A DNA stretch of 60,000 bases from Amphiscolops sp. MND2022 (Eukaryota). Where the stretch lies: contig OZ076409.1 of NCBI GenBank assembly GCA_964187785.1, positions 23,562,001-23,622,000 of the forward strand, written 5' to 3'. The notes under the pieces were generated by a model. It was not told where the DNA came from, searched no databases, and saw only the letters and a list, made by a program, of their open reading frames with translations. The position numbers and the translations under genes are program-made. Shown in pieces: positions 51,523 through 60,000 of this stretch (its first letter is position 1; every line of letters begins with the position of its first letter).

Positions 51523-54075
51523 TTGTTACTGGAATGACTGGAAGCACTCCACTGCTTCTCATTGAGGACAAGTTGGAGACCTCATCGACATTTTCAACAT
51601 TTTTCTTTTGTTCCACGTTCTTGTATCGTCTGTGTGGCAATCTGTGATGGGGTTTTCCGCAACCATTTACGTCGCAGAGTCTACCAAAACAATTTCTCAT
51701 CTGATGCGCGTCTGACAAACATTTGATGCACAATTTCAACTCTTTCGCCTTTTGTCCTCTTTCTTCGACGTTCATCTTCTTGAACTTCTCACATTTCCAT
51801 AATCGATGTTTGCCGTCTTTCAACACACACTCCCTCTGGTTCTTCGAGTTGGCACTGGCTGTGTTTGTTGTTGATGTGGCAAACGTAGAGACTTTGGCCT
51901 TTTCTTTGTGGCTTGACTTCGCGCAATCAGCATTCGGGTTTGAAGACAGAAGCAGTTCATCTTGCATCTCTGCTATATCCCCGGGCCATTCACTGAACAC
52001 AGCGAGTCCCGGTTAATACAGGTTCATTTGCTTGACATAATGAGCCACTTCGTTTTCATGTCCAGTGTTAACTTGCTTGTGGCGCTTCCCAGAACTCCCT
52101 CTGAGTTCAAGTCTCCCATGTAGTTGAATTGTGTCAGAACATTCACGCAACTCGACACTATTCTCGCATACTTGATCAAAGCGGCTCCGTCATAAAGTTT
52201 CATCGGTGGAAAGGAGTAAATTTTCTTTAGTTGAGCATTCACAACCATTTGAGGTTTTCCAAAACTTCGAACTAGAACGTTCCACGCCACATTGTACATT
52301 TCAGCGGTGTACCCAAGGCTAGCAATCGCCTCTTTGGCTTTGCCCGTGACCATTGTTTTCTGGTGATTCATCTTTACACTGTCGTCCATGTTTGCTGCGT
52401 GGACGGTTGTTTGAAATAGTTGTGACCACTCTGGCCACTCCAATGGGTCACCTGAAAATTCTGCCAACTTCAGTTTTGGCAAGCTAGATCTGATGTAGTA
52501 GTCTTCTCTTACTTTTGAAGCAATGTTTGGCCCTTGACTTGGCATATACTGCTTCTGTGTGTTCGCAAGCTGTGGTACTTGAAATGCACCACTCGAGATG
52601 CCTGCAAACGTAGGTGGTAACTGATTCTGGTCTGCACTGAGAGTCATCGACGGCTTCGATGAGGCGAACTTCACCTCTGGTTGTGCTGTTGCTCTTTGAC
52701 TGCCAACATTTATGACAGTCTTTGTTCTGTCCTTTCCAGTCCCTCGCATACGGCTTTTGTGGATATGGTCGGTTTCACCGAGTTTTCAAGTCCCTCACTA
52801 GCGCGGAGCATTGTCCTCCATGCTTCGATTGTACTGTAATCACTGGTGCTGAGACGGACGTTTGCTGGTATACAGATGGCACGTTAATCGACGATGCCAC
52901 GTTTTCAGCTTCTTAGGTCTTATCCATCCAATCTGAGACTTTCGTCAGATTGTCGTCTGGAGTCTCGACTGGTGAGATATTTCTGAAACTAGACCCACAA
53001 CTATTCGAAACTATCGCCATCTCTCTTCCTTTTCAGCAATTCTGGCCTTGCGGGCCACGTCATCTCGCAAGTCTGCTATCTCCTTTTTTTCGCTTCTCGT
53101 TCCAGTTGTTTTGCCTCTCGTTCCAGCTTCTCAAGGAGCTTTTGCAGTTCTTCGTGCTCTTTCAGAGCTTCCAGCTCCAAATGCATAACTCGTATAGCAC
53201 TTGATGTTTTTGAAATCACTGAGGTTTTGTTGTTTTTGTTCTTTCCACCTTGCGAACTTATGCTCATTTCTTCTATTGGCATTGATCTAGCCCAATTTTA
53301 TGGCTCTTGGCTGTCATCCGCGTTGTGACCATCGTGTTGCGTTTGCTCATTGTCTGGTTGTGGTTCCTTTTGTGGTGAGGTACAATTTTTACTGGATTTG
53401 TCTGCTGCCACGCTTGGACAAACGTATGCTAGTCTTTGTTCGGCGTCTTCAAGGCTTCAGGAAATGGCTCCAGCTTCTCTTGAATTCAGGAGAGCTTCAA
53501 TTTTCGTTTGAGGTCAGACCTCTCTCGAAGCAATTCTTGACATGCTGCTGCATAATCTTCTTCGGCGTCCTCGTTGTTTTCAATTCGTTCATCGCGCAAC
53601 TTTTTGTTGAGAACGATTCTTTCATCAATAGCACGTTTCTTTCCTTCAAGTTCCAAATAGTTTAGTATCTGACTTTCATCTTGCAATGCTGACATCAGTA
53701 TTATCAATCTTCCAATGTTAGAGTTTTTTCGCTGCAACTCAACAAATCGGCTCTGCATCGCTTTCATCACAGTTGAGAACATTTCGGGTAACTGTGGTTG
53801 GTATTTGACTTTGATTGCATTTTGGATTGCCTTAATGAGTCGTTCTCGCCTGTTTATGGCATCTATTCGTCGTAACAGTAGCTCTGCTATCTAATTGTTG
53901 TCATCATTGCTAGCTAGGTTTTCATCAATTCCTATGATCGTATTGCCGTGCTCGACAGCTGCATTCCAATAACTCAAAGTTTGGGTCTTGTCTGCAGAGT
54001 TCTTCAAACATTTTTCAACTTTGTTGATATCAAACCGCTTTGGTTGAGCCACTTCCTCTCTTCTTGATTGAACTC
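51523..54075 (-). pseudogene. Second copy of BEL/Pao gag region
   Basis: Near-identical to 47902-50420 at offset 3621, with a 33-bp extra segment near 53500. Confidence 0.9.
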
Positions 54076-54081
54076 AGTTCC

Positions 54082-54816
54082 CAAAGTCACAATAGCCCAA
54101 ACTCCCAGAGTTACAGTTGCCCAATCTCCCAGAGACACAGTAGCCCAATCTCCCAGAGACACAGTAACCCAACCTACCAGAGATACAATAGCCCAATCTC
54201 CCAGAGACACAGTAGCCCAATCTCCCAGAGACACAGTAGCCCAATCTCCCAGAGACACAGTAGCGCAATCTCCGAGAGACACAGTAGCCCAATCTCCCAG
54301 AGACACAGTAGCCCAATCTCCCAAAGACACAGTAGCCCAATCTCCCGAACACACAGTAGCCCAATCTCCCAGAGGCACAGTAGCACAATCTTCCAGAGAC
54401 ACAGTAGACCAATCTCCCAGAGACACAGTAGCCGAATGTCACAGAGACAGAGTAGCCCAATCTCCCAGAGACACAGTAGCCCAATCTCCCAAAGACACAG
54501 TAGCCCAATCTCCCAAAGAACAGTAGCCCAATCTCCCGGAGACACAGTAGCCCAATCTCCCAGAGACACAGTAGCCCAATCTCCCGGAGACACAGTAGCC
54601 CAATCTCACAGAGACACAGTAGCCCAATCTCCCAGAGACACAGTAGCCCAATCTCCCAAAGACACAGTAGCCCAATCTCCCAAAGAAACAGTAGCCCAAT
54701 CTCCCAGAGACACAGTAGCACAATCTCCCAGAAACACAGTAGCCCAATCGCCCAGAGACACAGTAGCCCAATCTTCCAAAGACACAGTAGCCCAATCTCC
54801 CAGAGACACAAAGTCA
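54082..54816. repeat. 24-bp minisatellite, second copy (one unit fewer)
   Basis: Same unit; the offset between copies changes from 3654 to 3630 across the array. Confidence 0.97.
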
Positions 54817-54928
54817 GAGCCTCTAAGAATCAGACACTTGTTCTTCCTGGGCAATCTTCTCAGTTGTCCACCAACGAGTCGTCTTCGTCCTCGTTTTCTT
54901 TTTGTCCGGGTCGTCCACCAACGAGTTG

Positions 54929-54945
54929 TCCGGGTCGGCGGACCA
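54929..54945 (-). other. BEL/Pao PBS, tRNA-Tyr-like (TGGTCCGCCGACCCGGA)
   Basis: 2 nt from the LTR end; 14/17 match to the TGGTCCTTCGAGCCGGA tRNA-Tyr-type PBS. Confidence 0.6.
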
Positions 54946-54947
54946 AA

Positions 54948-55155
54948 TGTTACGGCTGCTTGCTCTTATCCTGCGCTGAGGCTTGACAAACTTTACGCCG
55001 CCCTGATCCGTTGCTTAGTACTGTGGACCGTTACTAAGCAAATCCTAGTTTCTTGTTTAAAGGACTGTATCTTGTGACTGGTGGGTCCGACGTGACCCGT
55101 GGAATCTCCTGCGATTCCTCTTTGCAGTTGTTTGGATCCGATGTGACCCGTAACA
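54948..55155 (-). repeat. BEL/Pao 5' LTR (208 bp)
   Basis: 8-bp terminal inverted repeat TGTTACGG...CCGTAACA. Confidence 0.9.
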
Positions 55156-55200
55156 CTCTTTGTATCTTCACGTGCTCTGGCTCTCCAACTATGAGAGTAG

Positions 55201-55708
55201 CGGAGTGTACGCTTTTGATCTAATTGCTTGGGTCTAATGGAATTAGATCTGAAAGTTAGGTCCAACTTTCAGTTCTAATTTTATCTAAAATACTTAGGTC
55301 TAACCCCTTTATGATCTAATATGTGTTCTGAAAGCGAAAATATAATGTGGGGCATATGCTATGTATGCACGCTCGCCCTAACCGTCGCAAAGACCAGCTC
55401 CCACTGCGATCTCTTCGTGATCTTCGTTCCCGCTAGGTCTTTGCTCCTGTTCTACCTCGCTTAGCAAGATAGGATTATAAGCGGCCCCTAGGGGCTGCGG
55501 GGCACTAGAGGAACTAGGGACATATCCGAGGCACGTTTTATACTTTATATCATTTTTTAGTTTTAGATCCTAATTGACTATTTTTTTTTCTCAAATAAGA
55601 TCAAATTAGAAGAGGTTTTTAGACCTGATTATTTAGATCAAAGTATTTATATCTCAATTTTGCGCCCTCTCTTAGAACTATTTCATTAGACCTGATTCCA
55701 CGTAGCCG
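55201..55708. mobile_element. Possible non-autonomous DNA transposon
   Basis: CGG...CCG ends flanked by AGAGTAG direct repeats; GRTCTAA motifs on the left, inverted TTAGAYC motifs on the right. Confidence 0.35.
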
Positions 55709-56394
55709 AGAGTAGCTACTTAGTCGCTCTAACTCTAGCGAAAAGTTTTGAAGATTGAGAAGTTGATTAATTAGTCCCTTGGTCCTAAGCCCCAACTTGA
55801 CTATAGCTATTCAGTGAAGAAAATCTCTATTTAATATTGGTATACATATCGTTTACAATTCTACAGTAAATATAAGCAAATATCAGTTGAACTATGTTGT
55901 ATAAGTAAATGACATTTAAAGCATAAAATGAAGTTGGCTAAGTAAGCAAACTATGTGGTGGTTTTGGCATGTTGGTTATCTGGGCTAGGAAGTCTGTTTG
56001 CGCAATGTAAATATCATTAATTTCAACAGAGTTACATTTCCTTCGAGGTCATGTGAGAAAAACAAATAATAATTAATACATTAAAATTGGGTAATTCATG
56101 GGGTCCGACCTAGGTCACTTTGGGTGTTAATTGCTCAGAACCAAGGGGAGATACGAGGTCGAGTGTTTCCAATGAAAAGTTGAGTTAGCACATGTAGTAT
56201 ATACATGCTAAATTTCAGGGTAATTGGACAATTGCTTCTCAAAAACGGGGGTGGTGTTTTTTGGGGATGCCCTATTTCTGGTGAAACTTGTAGATTTTCC
56301 AACTAAAATCTTGATAAATTTTCCAAGTGTTTTGAGTTATGAGTTTCATCAATCACCTTCAAATTTGAGTTTCTGATCTCGCAATTGACTGGCG

Positions 56395-57163
56395 CCAACA
56401 GTCCATGTTGATGATTTTTGGTGGTGCGGAGAAGACCATTTTAAAAAGTCAGATGTTGAGAAATTGGAGTCAGTCTTTGTTATTGGCAGCGCTTCTTCTC
56501 TTCCACTGTCTTTCTTGCGGTTGCACGTTTCTCAAGTCAACGAACGAACCATTAAAATTAAATAGAGTGAGTACTTGAAACAGGTACAACCAATTGACAC
56601 CTCAAACAATACCCGTGAGAACCACCAAACTCTTCTTTGCGACTCCATGAGAACGAAATTCAGACAACTATTGGGTAAGTTTCATTGGGTTTCTGGGCAG
56701 ACTAGGCCAGATTTAGCGTTTAAAATGAGTCAATTTAACGCGCGGGCATCAAAAGCTACAATTGAAGATGTTTTGGCTATAAATAAAGTAGCAAAAGACG
56801 TGAGTACACGTTCAATGTCTGCAAAGTTTCCTAATTTGGATAACTATGATGATTGGAGAACTATCGTATACACAGACAGATTCATCCCTTGCTAACCTTT
56901 CGGACGGTGGTACTTAAGGAGGGTATGCTATTTTTCGAAAACAAGAAAAGTTTAAAGTCTGTACTCATTTCGTGGCAGTCGCAGAAAATTGAACGGGTTG
57001 TCAGAAGTACGTTGAGTGCGGAATGTATGGCATGCATCGAAGGAGTCGACTCAGCGTTCCTACTCCAACAAATTTTGAATGAGCTGTACGATAGAATTGT
57101 TCCAATTACTGTGTTTGCCTATAACGAGTCCTTGGTGGAGTCCGTTTTCACGAATAAAACAGT
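56395..57163 (+). pseudogene. Ty1/Copia RT-RNase H fragment (GalEa-like)
   Basis: VHVDDF; LGKFHWVSGQTRPDLAF; IVYTD; LISWQSQKIERVVRSTLSAE; stops and a frameshift. Confidence 0.8.
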
Positions 57164-58371
57164 TAGATATTTCGTTACGAAATTAGATGCCCACTATGGT
57201 TTCTACTTGTTGAAGAACTGCTTTAGTCTACCTAAACTACTATACTTTCTTCCTACCAGCCCTTGCTTTGAAGAGATGGACCTCCTACAGCAGTATGCTT
57301 CCATTATCCGCAAATCATTGTCCAAAATCTGCAATGTGAATTTTGATGAAAGCAGCTATACTCAAGCGATTCTCCCAGTCTCCAAAGGGGGCATAGGCAT
57401 TGCATCGGCTTCCCAGATTGCTCTTCCAGCTTTTTTAGCTTCAGCAACGGGCGCCAAACGTGCTTTGTCGTGTATCCTCCCGGAAGACTATGTTGATGCA
57501 TCGTTTGAAAAGGCTCTGGATTTATGGTTGACGAGGGCGAACCTGACAGAAGCACCGTCGGACTCCATCCAAAAACATTGGACCTCTCCTCTGAGCGATG
57601 CTATTTTTGATCAATTTATTACAGACCTTGATGCGGAAAATGTCAAAAGGCTGAATGCTTATCAAGACCCCTTTGGTTCAGCTTGGCTGAATGTTGTACC
57701 AAGCAAAAATCTCGGTCTGAAGTTGACAGATCAGCAACTGCGCATCTCCTAATCCCTCTGCCTGGGTTCGAAAATTTGCGAGAAACACACGTGCCGCTGT
57801 AGTAAAGTTATCGAAGAGAACGGACATCATGGTCTTCCCTGTGCCAGAAGCGCGGGACGTTTCTCGGAGCACCACAACCTCAATACTCTCGTGAAACAGG
57901 CGCTGAGTTCCATCAAAGTTCCCTCAATTTTGGAACCAAATGGTCTGACCCGAACAGATGGAAAGCGCCCAGATGGAATTACCCTAGCGCCCTGGGAGGA
58001 AGGCAAGCAATTAGTCTGGGATGTTACTTGTGTCGATCTTCTCGCCCCCAGTAGAATAGAGAACGGGTCTGTTGCCAACCCAGGCACAGCAGCGGAGGAT
58101 GCCGAGGAAATGAAAACGGCTAAGTACGTTTGTTTGACTGACAAAGGATACATCTTCCAACCATTAGCCTTTGAAATTCAGGGAGGAGCCGGACCTTCCC
58201 CGTCTACCTTCTTGAAAAACCTCTGTAAAAATTGTGCGTGTGCAATCAAGAAAATAGAGCTGGGTCGTTTTTCAGGCCGAGACTCTCTCTCGCAATCCAG
58301 GCAGGCAATGCGGCCAGTGTAGTTGGAACGGTTCGAGACGAAGACCACATAAGCGAACTCTACTACTTGTA
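57164..58371 (+). mobile_element. 5'-truncated non-LTR retrotransposon with C-terminal restriction-like endonuclease (CRE-like)
   Basis: PKLLYFL; QAILPVSKGGIGI; AWLNVVP; CRC..GHHGLPC; GKRPDG..WDVT; PLAFE; stop at 57750. Confidence 0.8.
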
Positions 58372-58883
58372 ATTCCGCGTTTTAATAGCCGTTTTGTTTC
58401 ATTAAGAAATATATGTCTTCTTTGCTTCGTAATCGTTACCATTTCACATGCCTCTTTGAGTTTCTGAATTGAGATTTCTCCAGGGTCCATTGAACTCTCT
58501 GGTTGCATGATCCTTTCCTTATTTTCTTTTATGTTTCCTATGTTGGTTGGATTTTTTTGTCTGCCGCCCGGGCTGGGGGCACATGATGAATACAGAAGCG
58601 TTTTTTAAGAAACGCTGATTGATGACGACGATCCAATTCTGATTGAGGTTTAATAAAAACAGTTAGTGACAAGCGTTTACCGATGGATTTGCGGGTTAGG
58701 GACAATTTGCCGAACGTGAAGGAACGTGTCGCTGCATTTATAATGTATTGTGTCACTTCTCACATTTTTTGCTGCGTGTACACATGTGCTGACGTGCAAG
58801 CTGTGCTTTTATTCTACAACAACTCCTTGTAAAACACAACTAAAATACGGCGAGATTGTTAATTAGTGTTTATATATTTCAGG

Positions 58884-59960
58884 TGGGTTTGAATTTAATA
58901 CAGGCCCTTAATACAGCAAAATCTGCTGGAGTGGACAACATCTCCCCAAGGATACTGAAAGAAATAGGATCTGAAATAGCACCGCTCCTATCTCAAATCA
59001 TGACGGAATCCTGGAATACTGCAATACTACCCGATGACTGGTTGCGGGCTAACATATTGCCGATTTTCAAACCAGGGAATAAATCAGAGGCAACCAACAA
59101 TCGTCCAGTGAGCCTGACCTTAATCCCCTGCAAACTAATGGAAAGAATTATCAGAAAGAGAATAATGACATTTCTTACAGATAATGACATCTTAAGTGAT
59201 AAACAATGTGGCTTCTTATCAAAAAGATCAACGCTTCTCCAACTTCTGAAAATATTTGATCAGTGGACTTTGGCATTGGACAATCTAGTGTACCTCGATT
59301 TTCGGAAAGCGTTTGACAGCGTCCCACACAGAAGACTCAAAGCTATTCTCGAACAAAATGGGGTTAATGGAAAAACTCTGAACTGGATAAAAGCGTTCCT
59401 CTCCGGGAGACAACAGAGGGTAGTAGTCAATGGCACATTCTCAACCTGGCAGAATGTTACAAGCGGGATACCTCAAGGATCAGTATTAGGTCCAGTGTTG
59501 TTCACGATCTACATAAATTCTATGCCGGAAGCTGTGGAGTCAGAACTTTACCTGTTTGCCGATGACACGAAGCTCTACCGGGAAATACACTCAGACGCAG
59601 ATCAGCAAATACTCCAAGATCACCTCCGAAAGCTTAGAAGCTGGTCGAGTAGCAGTTTACTCAATTCAATGAGAAAAAATGCGTGAAAATGACCATCACA
59701 ACAAAGAAAGACTCAACTGAGAGACATTCATTACTCTATGAACACAACAAAGATGTTGGAAAATATTGGATGTGAAAAAGACTTGGGTGTACTAACTGAT
59801 CACAAACTAAATTTTGACTTGCATATTGCTGAAAAAATAAAGAAGGCAAATTCAATGCTTGCTATTATCAAAAAATGTTTCATGAAATTGAACTGCCAGT
59901 TCACTGAGTGTACTAATTAAGACGCTTGTCAGACCCCACTTGGAATATTGTAACCAAGCA
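58884..59960 (+). mobile_element. CR1-like LINE reverse transcriptase fragment
   Basis: KSAGVDNI; RPVSLT; YLDFRKAFDSVPH; SGIPQGSVLGP; LFADD; EKDLGV; frameshifts after 59660. Confidence 0.9.
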
Positions 59961-60000
59961 TGGCATCGGGTGGCTGTAAATAGGTTGAATTTTTCTGGTC

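Larger units (their letters stand above)
46690..55155 (-). mobile_element. Decayed, 3'-truncated BEL/Pao LTR retrotransposon with tandemly duplicated 5' half
   Basis: LPKLKLAEFSGDPLEWPEW gag; triple Cys/His knuckle; LCDSGAS protease; KVRRVCNAASKFGGVSLND and ALTADVEAIFLQV Pao-type RT; 208-bp LTR. Confidence 0.92.

Noticed and set aside
51318..55155. Complete small LTR element bounded by two 208-bp LTRs
   Set aside because: Both LTRs are followed by a PBS, there is no PPT or TSD, and one copy is truncated at a duplication junction.

Overview
Eukaryotic (animal-type) transposon-dense DNA with no recognisable host gene. 1-12457 is a large minus-strand Ty3/Gypsy LTR retrotransposon (element A; its 3' LTR lies beyond the left edge). 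14639-17185 is a probable solo LTR. 17648-32577 is a complete 14.9-kb plus-strand Gypsy element (element B; two LTRs, CTAAG target-site duplication, PBS, PPT). 35.2-45.1 kb is a nested macro-satellite. 46.7-55.2 kb is a decayed BEL/Pao element with a tandem duplication of its 5' half. 56.4-60 kb holds Copia, CRE-like and CR1-like fragments. The main candidate new system is shared by both Gypsy elements. (i) Each carries a homologous multi-exon gene of about 1,100 aa on the strand opposite gag-pol. By motif reading it is a hAT DNA-transposase derivative with an intact zinc finger but no catalytic DDE residues, and two intron positions are conserved between the elements. (ii) Gag starts 100-130 codons inside the LTR and reads through the PBS, so 3' LTRs and solo LTRs encode Gag N-terminal peptides. 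(iii) Pol is reached by an A-AAA-AAC -1 frameshift. All calls were made by eye; no database search was run.
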